The translations under genes and the position numbers were made by a program. From Rhodosorus marinus CCMP1338 (lineage: Eukaryota > Plantae > Rhodophyta), in assembly GCA_029953675.1 (NCBI GenBank), contig JAMWBK010000005.1, positions 682,001 to 746,000 on the forward strand: a stretch of DNA of 64,000 nt. Reading direction: 5' to 3'. Under the pieces are notes generated by a model, which searched no databases, was not told the DNA's origin, and was given only the letters and a program-made list of their open reading frames with translations. Below, one piece after another: positions 47,842 to 61,290 of this stretch; the stretch's first letter is position 1, and each line of letters begins with the position of its first letter.

Positions 47842-48966
47842 CTCTGGGTCTTATCCAATCAAACCTCCTGAATTTTTCTCACCACCAACCCGGCACCAAA
47901 ACCGACCTTTTCAGCACTGAGAACTCCTTAGCAACAAACTGCTAATAGACAACACCTCGAGCTTAGAATCGCTCTTCCTTCATAACAAGTTCAACCCCAA
48001 TAGGTTTTCCCTTTGATGTCCTCAGTAACACGAGAAGCTTTTCCCATATAGAGTGCCAAAACAACAACAAAAACAAATGTCTCTCCGTAAACATCCTCTT
48101 CGCAAAAGGCTGTCCACGACGATGCAAACGAAAAATCAGTTTCTCCGTAGAAAATAGATGACAAAATGGCAGATGAAGATGCACATTCCTGCAGGAGGAC
48201 AGAAAGGTTGCAGACGATTAAAACGGTTTGCGTAGAGAAAGAAGTATATGAGAACATTCACCGAATTGTTGGGTGTTTGATTGAACGCACGTCCGCTTTG
48301 TCCTCCTCGCGAGGAGGACAAGGCGGACGATCTGAATTTTTCGGCGGAGGGCTAAGGGGCTGGTCCTTTGCTTTGTTTCTGGCTAAGGCTTGGGTCAGTG
48401 TGAACACCTGTTTTTGCTTAATGATTAAAAGTGTTGTATGCTTGGAAGCGATTGCGCTATTGTTTATGTTTTCCTTTTTGCCCCTCCACAAGTTTTGGCG
48501 GAGAATTGATGTTCGCTTCGATGAGGGCGCATTTGTTTCCTCGTGCATAAGGGTGCTGGCGATTTCTCCCAATCGTATTTGGTCTTCGCGTGTCGAGTGG
48601 TAATGGTCCTCGTGAGTTGCGCAGTTCACAGATTTGACCCGGAGTTTCACGAGGTGTTCCTTTGGCGTGCGTCTGGACTTACAGACTACTGTTTCACAAT
48701 ATGTTCCTTTCGTAGGAGTCTAAGATTACAGACTACCTGCTTCTGTAAGTCGCTTCATTGTTTGGCATTCTACACCTTTCGGAGGGCTTATTATTGCCAT
48801 TTTAAATTGTATATAAACGCCTGTAGTACCGATCAGCCCACCGCGGCCCGCGTGGAATCGCGAAAAAAGAAAACCATAGCTGGCCAAGAGTTTGGAAAGA
48901 GGCTTGATCAGAATTGTAGCAACACGGTGCTACATCGATTTCGTTTATATTTATTTGCTTTAGCTC

Positions 48967-49888
48967 CTATGCCCCAGTTTTCCCGGAAGAGTTTCGAACA
49001 TCTCGCAATGTGGTTAACTCATCGAGATTGTCTTTTAGCGAGTTTCGCCTGCGTCCGAACAGCATTGGTCTGCCATTGAAGAGGCGTTTCGGCTTCGACT
49101 GGCCCTTGGCATCGCTGTCCCTCTTCTGATAGCGAACGAGCTCCTGCAACTGCTGCCCATTGATCGCCCCGCGGCGCTTGATTCGAATAAGTCCAATTGC
49201 GTTGATCGGCTCCGTCCCCACTTCGATCAAAGCGAGGGCAACCAGGACAGGTGCACGACCTAGCCCCGCCTTGCAGTGGACTGCAATCGTTTCCTTCGCA
49301 TTGTAACCTTCCCTTTTCGAATCAAACACGAAGTCCACAAGCTTCAGCCATGAATTCACGATCGCGTTGCTGGGCATACCGCCATCTTCGAAGCACCAGT
49401 CCTGTTGAAACAAAGCAGGAAAATAAACTATCAGAATGCCGTTTCCCTCATCCACGAGCGCTACGCCATTCAGGCACTTACGTGAACTTTAAAGTCGGAT
49501 GCAATCAGCTCTCCTGCATCGTACGAAGGCTCGCACACCCGGACGACGTGCTTTACATTGTAGTTTCTAAGAGTCTACAGCACCAAAAATAACAATGAAA
49601 GGTTAGAATCCAGGTGGATATTCAGGAAAATTTCGGTGCCAAACAATCGCATACCTCCACGTACGAGGGCAATTCAACATCCGACGGGGAGTCCGTGATA
49701 AGAAAACGGTAACCGTTGTACTCAACAAGGGTCTGCCGGGTTGGCAACAAGCCACGACGATAAATCTCCGACGCGTGGATATCCTGGCTCCCAAAGGTCA
49801 AGGAACCAATCGATACTTCACTGTTTGACAGTAAATTTGCTTTGGATACCGGGGAAAGGCTTCCAGTCCTTGTTGTGAGTGACACCAT
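48967..49888 (-). CDS. PTP4A: PRL/PTP4A-family protein tyrosine phosphatase, multi-exon (start tentative)
   Basis: LVEYNGYRFLITDSPS, VVRVCEPSYD, DWCFEDG, IAVHCKAGLGRAPVLVALALIE, RRGAIN. Confidence 0.88.
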
Positions 49889-52415
49889 TGTTGTCTCTCT
49901 AGAGTTTTCTATACGTTCTTCGCTGTAGTAGTTACGCTTGAAAGTTTCGCAATCCTCCAAGCTCGAAACACTTGGTTTCGCGTTTCTCAATCAAGCGCGG
50001 TAACGTCGTTCACCACGCTCTAATCCCGAGGCTGTAGTCCAATGGGATCAAGTCTCTGCGCCACTCCGTAGTATTCGTCTAGCTCGTGGTACTCCCCTGC
50101 CCGGACAAAGTTTGCAACAGCCAGTTTGCCAAAAACGATTTCGTACCGACAACAACTACTAGAAGGTTCGTCCGCGGATTCCGTCATAGAAGGCAGAACA
50201 AAGTATAACACCCCAAAAGCTCTAAAACAACCCGCTCTCCTCCGACAAACAACAACAACAACACAACCACCTCCCAAACGCAACCTGGGCTATCACCTCA
50301 ACACTAAACCCACACCAACCCCAAATTCAACCTCAATCAAAAAAAGGAGAAAAAAAGAACCAACCACACTATATAGCCCAACTTACGATTCCTTTTTCAA
50401 CTACTCCACCCCTAAAATACCAAAATCCTTACGTCCTTCACTGCCCCTTCCAGCAGCCACCTCCTCTCCCTCTCCGTTTCCCCCTTCCAAACAAGCTAAA
50501 TACCCAACACGCTTCCAAACTCTCTCTTCCCAAGCAGAGGAGTGGATTTTTTTCCTCTCTCTGTTCACTCTCCGCTCTTTTCGTCAGGTCATCAAACCGC
50601 TGATTTCAGAAAATGTCAATAAACCTATTAAAAAACCCGTATCGGAAGGTCACTGGAGCCGCTCAAAAGGGCCAAACCAAAAAAAAAAGGAAAAAGCGCA
50701 GAGCTCTTCCTTTCCTCCCCCCCCCTCCCAGGGTGACTTCTTTTTTTCGAAGAAAATAATGTTATTTCAGAAGCCATGAGAGTTCCTGCTCGTTTTCCAA
50801 AGAAAAAAGTGGGGGAAAGCAGGGATTTGCAGAGGACTTATTATTAGTATTAATAAACAAGATACTCTCATCCAATGAAAAAGTAAATGTTTTTTTTCAG
50901 AGTTTTATATTGAATTGGATTATCGCAGTAACCCCCTTCATTCTTTACTGTTCTGTTTTCGGTGGTGACACAAGAAAGGTCTTGGCTGGAGCCGCACATG
51001 GGCAACAGCTGTATGTCCCCCTTCTCCATTTTTATTGCGTCAGCCCGTAATCGGCAGATTAGTTTTTGTTTTTTAATATTTGTTGTTTTCACAGCAATCC
51101 GGAAGATCATACAGTGAAGCTCAGCGGACAACACGAAATGGAGAGGAGAGCAGGGGTGGTATGCGAGTTTGCCGGGATTGGTGACTTTGGCGAGGACAGT
51201 TCGATAGGGGGGTATGAGATCTTTGAAATAGAGGGGAAATATTAAATCAATTTTTAATCGAAGGCCGCCAACGACATCGAGCGGCCGCTACGTGGAGTTG
51301 TTTTGAACTATTATCGGATATAACGATAAGTACCTAGCGTATATGGCAATATTTATTAAGATGCTTACCAAAAAAAGATTGTTCCAGCTCATAATCGCAT
51401 TTTTGGTGCAAAGATGAGCTATATTAACATCATAATGTCAGAACTAGACTAGCGTATATACGTATCGTTTAAATGAAATTCCGTTGGTTTTTCAAAAAAA
51501 AGTCTTGTAGATCAATTGAAATCAATTTCAAGTTCCCTTGTCCAACCATTACAGTTCCCTAACATGAATGTGCTCAATTTTTTATTTCGATAAGTTTGCT
51601 CTGTGCAAAAGTCGTTTCGTTGATAAAAAAATGTCTTGATTGCATTGAAACACTATATTCTAAAACCAAAAATAATTTCGATAGTAGATACCGTTTCTCA
51701 AATTCCTTTCTACGCACAGTGCCCCTTTGTCCAAACAACTGTATTGATATCCAAACAGAATGAAATTAGCATATTAAATACGACCACGCGGCTTTTGGGA
51801 ACAAAAATAAGAATGATAGCTACTATTGATTAAACGTGAAACTTAACAATTGGATAAGGTGATCATAACTATTTCATTGATCTTCGATAGTAAGCTCTGT
51901 TTTTGTTCATCTTTTCATTCCGCTCCCCCTTCCGATTTAGCAAATAATTGATATCAACGTGTCCCTAAGTCACTTTTTGTCCAATTGAATACAAGGAACT
52001 CGATTTCGCCGTTGGACTCGCCTGAAACGCGCCGGTTTATTCCTTAATTCTCCAATTCTTTTTTCGTTTACTTAGATATGCCCACCCCCCCTCCACAATC
52101 TATCATTAGTTGTCCCATCTATCCAGATTCCAATTACAAATCGATACAAAAGCGCGCTATTGAATAAAACGATGAAGCTAGCCATAGTTACGAGAAAAGG
52201 ATGATATGATGTCATCTCAATAGTCGGAGATGAGGACAGTAGAAATGAACCACATACGGCGGGTTTAAATTTCATGTTAAAGGATCACACACCAAAAATA
52301 AACCACTGCGATTTTCAGAGCGTCTTTAGATGTTCTGATTATTCCAATGGTTAATTGGGTGAGGGTGCGGAGGCATGAGCTCTATGGCCCCTTCTTTTTG
52401 CTAACCACGATGGGC

Positions 52416-52455
52416 GCTCCTGTCAGGCCCGAACAGCTCCTGTCAGGCCCGAACA
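52416..52455. repeat. Perfect 20-bp tandem duplication
   Basis: GCTCCTGTCAGGCCCGAACA occurs twice (52416-52435 and 52436-52455). Confidence 0.95.
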
Positions 52456-55011
52456 CGATTCAATAGCAGCTGTGGCTGCATCAGATTCCGGTACCATATC
52501 TAAATATTCCAGCATGAATTCCCCAAACGTTTCCATTACTGAAGCGCATAGCGTTTTGATCCTGGTAGAGTGTTCGTTCTGAGCTGATACGTATTCCAGC
52601 AATGCACTCTGCTTGCCAATCTGTTGCCACATGATTCGAGAGCGGAGCGGGTTAGTAGTTCAGGTACTGCGTTTTGTGGAGCGGTACGAAAACTGTCCAT
52701 CCTGTTCACCTTGGTTATCTGCTTGCCCCAGTGACTCAGCTCGCTATCGGCGTTGGGGGAAAGGGCAGAGCAAAACTGCTTTTGAATTCTCTCTTCGCGT
52801 TTCTCGAACTCGGAATCGTACTGCAAAAGGAGTCGTCCTCTTTCAGATTTCAAGCACAAAAATATAATCTATGGCGACGTACTGATCGGTTTGGAGACAA
52901 ACCTTGGCGGCAGCCTCCTGGGCTTCAGCTTGCAAGCGCTGGAATTCTTCCACGATCTCATCCTTTTGGTCCTCGTCGAGGCCAACCTCGTCCCGGACAA
53001 CCATCGACATGACCTGCAGCAGCAAGATTGTTAAGCGGATTTGAAACTAATGACGTCGTAGTTTTCTCCCCAAAAGTCTTGCCTTTTGCGTTTGTACAAC
53101 GAATTCCGAGGCGGAAATTCTAGTCGATGCTGGTCGTCTTGTATTTTTCTGATCCAGAGCCGTTTTCGCGTCATCCAGAGAAATACTTACGCCCTCCTTC
53201 AATCAGACAAAAAGGAATGAATGGCGCTTAGACTAGGAAAGGTCGAAGCACATTTGTGTGTGCTTACCTCCCTCCAAGAAGATGCTTCTCGGCGGTCCTC
53301 TTCAGACAGCCGCCAGAGCTTGATCGTTCCATCGTCAACTACGAGTACGTACGCAAGGACTTTTGAGTGTGAGTAACGAAGGCTGTGACAGCCGGGGAGA
53401 GACGATTGGGGTTTAGCGCACAACCAGCGAGAACCACTCCCAGTGTTTGTTCATATGAAAGGGCAGCAATCGCTGGCTCAGACCACCGAGACCGTGTGCT
53501 CAGCTCGACGAGAACTCTTATCCCAGCCCGATCGGGCGAAAATGGGAGAACTCGACAGATTGCGATCTCGCCTCCATCACCGCCAACGATTACCGTACTG
53601 TCGGGTAGCGATTCTTTGCTTTTCGAGGCTATTTCGACTCTGTTTAGGGCAGATACCTGCAGAAACCGGGTCACAAGTACAGTAAGGATTGACGCCGTGA
53701 TAACCCTCGCCAAAGCGCAAAGTAATCTCCTGGAGTTTGAGTTGAATGCTCTTCCTCGTACTTTGTAACCAATATCCTGCCTGCAAAGGCATTTCCCGTT
53801 CTCCGGGGATGCTATTACAAGCGTCTGAGAGGCGGTGCTGGATGAGATCAGTAAGAGCCGGTCGAGGACGCATTCCGTGTCAGAAGCCGCGCCTGAGTGA
53901 ACCACGGAGCTACCCACCCACTTCGATCTTTCTATATCTGATCAGGACAACGACGAATCATGTCTTGAGCGTCCTAAAAGCGCACAGGGCAAGGAACGTG
54001 GTTTCGGTTCTTACCGAGAGAAGCAATGACACCGTCTGAATATGAAACGTAAGCGTTTTTCAAAGCGGGTGAAATGCTTGAAAGGGAGACTGGGTCGCTG
54101 CCGATTGAGCAGACTTCGGGCTTTGAGACCTCCTTCACGTACTCTAAGGTTTCTAGATTGTAGAAGCGAATAGTCCCGTCTGCCAGCCCGACAAGGATTT
54201 CGTTATTTGAATTCGCACGGACTTGAGCGGGAATGCTCTTGTTCTCGGATTGTCCCGTCTTCGACGTCTGCCTCTTTAGGACTCCAATGTCCGCGTCCTG
54301 TCCGAGCGAATAGCAGCGTATGATTTCATCACTACATCCAACGAAAATCTCAGACCTAGAGGCGCTATGGAACGCAGAAACGGCTAGAAAAGCTCCTGCT
54401 GCTGATTCCAACTTTTCTCCGGTGAACAGAATTTCCTGTGTTTGTGTCCCATTCTTATCGAAGGCTTGGATCCCTTCTTCGCTAACAACAAACACTAGCC
54501 GGCTTGCGGGCTCCAGGCAAACTGCGAGCGGCACTTGCGTTGTAGAAATAGAGAGAATTTCTCTTGTCTTGTCTGGCGGATCTCCAGCCAAGCCATCTGT
54601 TCTTGATTCCCTCTGGTTCGTTATGGAAAACAGCTGCTGAGGATGCTGCAGCGACTTTTTCAATGCTTCCGGTCGGATTTCATGTTTCGCCTTCTCATAG
54701 GTATTCTCAACACTTTTCGCGGCGCTCTGGAACATGGATGAGAAGAAAGTACCAGCCTTGTTCGTGTAGTCCGATGCCATCCCCATCGCTGCGGCGGCTG
54801 TCTCCGCCAGCTGCTCAATGGACGCTTCCGCGTCTTCCTCTTCGCTGAAGCTAGTTTCAGCCATCCTTTCCAGCTCCACCTTACTAGCCGGCTCTATTTC
54901 TCCTGTATCTGGGACGTCGCTCTTCTGTGCGGGAGCTTTCGTTTCAGAATCAGCTTTCCCTTTCTTCAAATCCTTGGACTTCTTCGATGATACAGATTTT
55001 GGCTTATTCAT
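52423..55011 (-). CDS. Uncharacterised protein: charged N-terminus, WD40-like beta-propeller, C-terminal coiled coil (multi-exon)
   Basis: 345-aa first ORF with repeats such as EIFVGCSDEIIRCYSL and ILVGLADGTIRFYNL; later VDDGTIKLWRL; acidic helical exons (DEIVEEFQRLQAEAQEAAAK). Exon linkage is inferred. Confidence 0.6.
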
Positions 55012-56558
55012 TGTTTAGCCAACTGCGCGGCCCGGGCCCACAGAACCTAAACAAAACCAACAACTTTCCAACTCGTTCCCCTCTGAAACCCAGACCTATA
55101 CGCTGATATCATCCACTTGGGATCCTAAGCAGCGACTCAGAGCGAGGACCCCACCCCAGCTATCCTGCTTACAGACCACGGTGAATACACACTTGACCAC
55201 TTCTCCTTTGACCTCACAGAGGACAAGTCAATACAGCGATCTACGGAAGCTGCTCAGAGCTCTTGTTCAACATTTCAGCAGAGATTTAATGAAGGGCATT
55301 GCCTGGACGTATCTCCTCACCCAAGAAGCTCAGGTCCTCTTGAGTGCAAGACCGAAGGAATGGGTCAGATCTATTCAAGCTTTCCGCGAGGTCCTCCAGT
55401 TTGAGTTCCAGCCTTTGATAATCTGGTCCGATGCCAATGAGGGTGGGCGAATTCCGTCCGGAGTTCACTGAAGCTGTCACGTCAAATAGGAAAAGCTTTT
55501 TTTCATGGGTTTTGATTCTTCAAGGGAAAAAATCGTCTCTTAGGAGGAGTACCGCTTCGAGACTCCATCCACCCTGGAGCACTTGTGCGGTTCCTCCTGC
55601 AGATCCGCATAGCTAAGCTGCTTCAAACCGATCATGAACCATTGCCTCAATCACACTGATAAGAATTTTGATTGGGTTCAGTCGTTTATGATTTTTTTTC
55701 AGTTCACTTTTTATTCAAACACGTTTGTTGTTGTGCGCCTTTCTGCTCAGAAATTCAGTCCTCCCTTGCTTCGAACCACCCCAAACAACCGAGCCTGCTG
55801 ACCAGTGTTGACATAGTCTGTTTACAACTACTTATGGAAACAAACTCGAGAGGAAACAATGTGGGATATACGACTAGCTACCACTGCTTTTACTCCTTTC
55901 TCGACGAGTTCAGCCGTTCAAGGATCTTTTCTCGATTTGGTCAATCGGTTCACGACTCTTTTTATTCCCTTCTGACAGTTCGCGACCTCTTCTGGTCCCT
56001 CCAAGGGCCACTGTGCGTCGCTTCTGGCCTAGGAGCCCACCTGAGCGCTTTATGTTCCCGGGTTTCATCCAAGTGAGAGGATGGCTTCCCAAACTGCGAG
56101 TTCGCACCAACTTCACGTGTTTTTGAATTTACGAATGTCCGGGAACGATCTTCCTCGGGATGTGATAAGCTGTGTCCCTCCTACAGGAGGATAAGTGGGC
56201 TAAGCCAACGTTGGTCTTTAACCAGCAGAGTTCACAACTCAGTCTTCCATTTGTCACGCTCGTTGTCCTGGGGGCGAGGGCCAGTGAAATCCGGCAATGC
56301 GCTAAATCTTACGGAGTTAAGATTGTTCTGCTGGCTTGTGAAGGCAGACAAAAAGACCTGCCATATAGTCATCTCCAAGACGGTGAAGTGATCGTCATGC
56401 TTGCCTGTTCTTCCCGCCGACCATCGCCTGCAAGGTCCTGCCACCGGATCGTTCAAAATCGCGATTTTCTATCCTTATATGCAGGGGCTGCCCCAGCATT
56501 CCGATTGAGCTTCGACCATTTCTGGTTGGGGGACGGACGATCGAACCGAGAACGATCT

Positions 56559-58023
56559 TCACATCGAAACCGGGTCGACTGTCCCGACGCAGTGCCACTG
56601 TGATGAATCATGAGCTCTGCTCTGCCAAAGTCTGGTTGCATCATCTCCGGAGGTAGCCAAGGCGGTCCCACTAACGTTCCATTCAGCTCTCCAAACGGGG
56701 CCGGTGTGACCTTCCAGGACTGTCAGAGGCTCGAGAACGGGCACCTGAAACGAACAAAAATATCTGGACGTTACCTCCGATTGCTTGCTTTTGGCACAGC
56801 CTTTGATCAACTACCTTGTGCTCGAGTCTCACCTCGGTCTTTTGCGACGGCCTTAGCGTAGTGGGGACTTTGTATAGGATAACTTGGCCGTCGGACCCAG
56901 AAGACGCTATCAAGTGGTACCCGCGTCCAGGATTTGGTGCCCAAGCAATTGACAGAACGGATCCAGTATGGCCTGCCAATATCTTCGAAATCCGCCAGGA
57001 AGGTCTGTCTCTGTCCTGAATCCATAGATAGGAACTGACCATTGGCAAAGAAGATAAGGTTTAAGCATACCATCCAGACGAGGAGCGAGGGTTTGCCCAG
57101 GCTCACCTTCCTCCAGCTGTTGCGACTACCATTCCGCCGGAATCAACAGGAGAAGGATTCCATGAAACAGCGGTCACCCTCGCGGGCGGGTTTGCAACTA
57201 GTGCACCGAAAAATTGCGCCTTTAACGTCCACACTTTGTAGTCTGGAGGATCTGCGGAATCGTAGATCCGCACAAGTCTAAGCGAGCGAATCGAGATAGA
57301 GTGTCGTGAGGTTGAGATCTTAAAGGGAAAGCAATAGGTCTATGCCGATCACACGAATCCATACCCGTCATTCGACGCTGTTGCCAAGCACAAGCCCAGA
57401 TGTGGAGGCCCAAACGCCAGGTCGTTGAGCTCGCTCTTACTGTCTAGGAACACAGCTGTGGACTGCCATTCATCGCGAGCACCTGCTTGCGCAGAGACGT
57501 ACAAAAAATAAGACCCAGCGGAGATCTTTCACAAACCACTGTTGAAGTAGCTCCACTCCGGGGAGGAGCTGCTCACCGTTTTGGGACTTCAATTCCCATA
57601 AAATCGCCTTGCAATCGAACCCACATGTGGCGATTAGCGAAGGGGAATACTCCGGGTCCGCCCATCGGACACGAACCACAGAGCTCTCATGAGCCTGCCA
57701 ATGAGCAGTACACCGCCATTTGCCGGTCCCAGCATCGGATGACCATATCTTCACTGTCCGATCCGTAGAGCAGGTGGCCATGCGCCGACCACAGTAGTCA
57801 TAACTTATGTCCTGTACAACATCTGAATGTTGGGTTTCCTAACGAACAGCGAACAGAAATGCATGTAACAAAAATACAAAAGAAACGTCACCCAAACAAT
57901 CCAGAACAAAAACATGAAGGGACAAAAACGCAAGACAAGAGCACCAAGTTAGCATAAGGAAACGAAACCTCCACAGCGTTCATCACCATAAGCGACGCGG
58001 CTTACCAGAACTTCAACATCCAT
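56559..58023 (-). CDS. SEH1: Nucleoporin / GATOR2 subunit SEH1 (WD40), multi-exon
   Basis: 18-nt first coding exon MDVEVL, intron 57839-58005, then ETQHSDVVQDISYDYCGRRMATCSTDRTVKIW...WQAHESSVVRVRWADPEY; SIAWAPNPGRGYHLIA; VWRAEWNVSGTALATSGDD. Confidence 0.9.
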
Positions 58024-58538
58024 TGGAAACCAACACTTCCATAAAACTAAATGAATCTAATATGGAAGAAGAAATCGTCACGTTCACGCAAAGCGATTAC
58101 CCGATCATGTTACCAACTGATCTTCCACCCGGAGGATCTCAACCCCCACCAAAGCACTTCTCAACGTTAGCAAAAGGTATCGAGTCGAATGGGAGCTTCG
58201 CTGCCGGAGGAGAAGTGAAGTAGATGGACATTGGAAGGAGGTTACATCGTCCGTATCCAAATAGTGAAAGCGATTACGATGGATAAGCTCCAGGCTATAA
58301 CCTCAGGAGCTGGTTGAGTTTTGGAAACAATAATCGTATTGGATGGGGTCGACGAAATGTGTTTGAAGAGGATGGAGATTCTTTTCTAACTTAGCCAGAC
58401 AGACGTTTTCCTCGGGGCTCGAAGATAACATGATTTATCTGCTGCGATATGGAGGAAACGAGAGCTGATGGAAGCTTTGCGCACCATAATGTGAACGCGG
58501 ACTGCAGATGTGGCGGGCTGTTGAGCTCTGGCTGAGAA

Positions 58539-60693
58539 ATGGAAGAAAGTTTGGTGCTTGGAGTAGCCGCGCGAGCTTGGAGTAGCTCTCTAAGGTCTGA
58601 GATTTGGTTGAACCAATCGTGGATGACATTGCTTCAACTGAGGCAGGAGGTTCTTGTAATCGGAGACGATGGGCTTAGCACTGTTTGCTGCTTCAGAGGT
58701 GGAACTGACGGGTGCGGCGTGGAAGAGGATCGGTCACCCACATGTGTGTTGTCGGTTGGGGCACAACGCTGTCTGGGCTCCTCCTCTCAAGTTGTTGTAA
58801 AAACGATTGGGCCGGTCGCCGACGCTGTAAGCGTCAAACTACTTGCACCTTTACCGCTCGAAAACATGCCGAGTATTCGACAATCCGTCCTCATCGAGCT
58901 TGAAAATATCACTACGACAAAAGGATGCCGTCTCACTTTCGGGGCTGCGGGAAATGCTACGTTTCTCGTGGAGGAAGCATTGCCCGCCGGCCCAGTGCGA
59001 ATCGTGTCCAGTACAAAGCTTGAGCTCACACAGCAAAAACAGCGAGACGCTCACCGAGATGCGAGCGAACTTGAGACGAAGGAAAAGGTTCTCTACGAGC
59101 TGATCAGAAAGTTTCATAGAGCTGAGGGTTCCCAGAGAGTCGTCCTTGTCTACGGAGCTTCTGGCAGCGGAAAGACGAAGACCATCCAGACTGTTCTGCG
59201 TAGGATTCAACATCCTACATTTGAACTGGTTACAACGAGACTGTTGCGTCCAGAAACAGGCCAAGGAGAGAGGTACATGGAACATATTTTTAATAGTGCG
59301 ATTCAGAGCATGCCGAGTACAGTGATCATCGAGGACCTCGACTCGCTAAGGGGCGATCGGAGGATCGTCACAGCACTGCTGGGATGGATCGATCGGCTCC
59401 AGAAATCCTGTGGCTATTCCGTTGGGATCGTCGCCACTGCGACTTCGGAGACATCAATACCCGAGAAGCTCTTCGGTACGATGAAGATCTACCATCGAAT
59501 AGCCCTCGGACCAAAGTCCCTCGCCGAACGCCAGAAGCTTCTGCAAAGTAACTTGCAGGGCTTCACGAATCCGGATGACCTGCCAGAAATCGTCGAACGA
59601 ATATCGGCGCGCACCCCAGGCTACTCCGCTTCTGATCTCTGCCGCTTGGTCTCTCTAGCACAGCTTTCAGAAGTATGTAGGATTCAAGCCGGGCAGAAAA
59701 TTCGGCTGAGCAAGTAAGCTTACTAGAAAATGCACGATTCTTTTGCTTAAAGCTCGACTCTAAAGCTAACCTGTTCCGACTTGATTTCTTTACCTGCCGC
59801 AGAGAGGCACTCGTTGAGATGACGATGGATTTGAAACCAACTGCGTTGGCTGGATGCCCGTGGTGGAGACCCGTCCCGGAAGCTGGCGGAAAGAAGCTCT
59901 TCGGCCTAGAGGACGAGCTGCTTACGCTCGAAACTTGCATGAAAGAACATCTCTTGGGCGTCCGAAAGGATTTGAAAACGATTCGCGCTGCACTTGTGCT
60001 CGGTCAGCCTGGTTCAGGGAAGAGCGCGCTGGTCGCGGAGCTTTGTCATCGCGCTGCTGAGTATTCGAACAGCGTCGTTATTACCGCAGCCGACATAGTG
60101 TCTTCTACACCTGGGGCATCAGAGCGGGCGATAAAAGACGTGTTTCGCTTTGCGCGATCGGCCGCACCCGCGATTCTTGTAATCGAAAGCGTCGAAACCC
60201 TAGCCCCGTCCCGAAGCGGGGAGAATGTTCGTCACTCGTCCCGCCAGGTTCTTACAGGATTATTGACGCAAATAGATGGCATTTTTAGCGAGAATTATCA
60301 GGTAAGCACAATAGCGGAGTCTGTGCAGAAGAGGGGAGAACTGATATTAGGTAATGAATTTCTGCCTCCCCGCAGCAGCAGGTGTTCACATTGTCGACCA
60401 CCACTGACAAGGATGCCATTGATCACGCACTCCTGAGACCCGGGCGAATTGAGTTGCAGATACAGACAGACAAGATAAACTTGAGGGCCAAGGAGGACAT
60501 ATTCAGGGAAGAAATCCCATCAGGCATTTCGCTAGCAGCAGTCAGAGAACGACTAGTGGGCATGACTGGGGCTGAGATCCGCGGTTTCTGTCGTGAGCTG
60601 AAGTTGCGAGCTTTCAGGAGAGGCTCCCATGCTGTTTCAGACGATGATCTAGATCTACCAATTTTTTGTCCCTTAGTTCCCGAACAACCTTGA
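58539..60693 (+). CDS. CDC48/AFG2-family double-AAA ATPase (SPATA5L1/AFG2B-like, tentative) with degenerate motifs
   Basis: D1 VYGASGSGKT...TPGYSASDL; D2 VLGQPGSGKS...VFRFARSAAPAIL...LLTQIDG...DHALLRPGRIE...GMTGAEI. Confidence 0.75.
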
Positions 60694-61290
60694 AAAAGCA
60701 GTTGCCGGTAGACGAACGTCCCTTGTACATACCAGGGAGAAGAGGCAGTATATAGCTGATGACGGTCTCGAGTAGCAGTTACTGACGGGTGCTGATCTGT
60801 AAAAACACGCTCCATCTAAAAACCTAACCAGACGTTCAGTTCCGCCTTGCAAGCGCCAACCCTCCCAACATCTCTCCTCGGTTGCCTTCCTCCCAAAGCA
60901 GAATCAAGTTCAATCCAAAGCGGACACCTAAATACCTTCAAAATTTCCCCAAATACAAAATGCAATCAACTCTAAACAAATGAAACCGATACATATCGGA
61001 CATAATGACTAATAAAATTTTGTTTTGAAAAAATATGTACTTATCAATCAATATATCAACGAATAGAAACGTGTAAACCTACTTTTAGATTGATATAGTC
61101 AATATAATGAATGAGGTGATTGATTTGTCCCAAAGGTGTTGGAAGCGATGAGAGCTTTCTGGCTTCGATGTGAAGTTGGAGAAACCGGCTGGGCAGCAGT
61201 GCCGGTTTTCGTCATCCGCAGGATGAATTCGTGAAAAGGAAATCGTTTTTTTCTTTTGTTCCTTTGTTTTATTCGTTGGATATGGTAACC

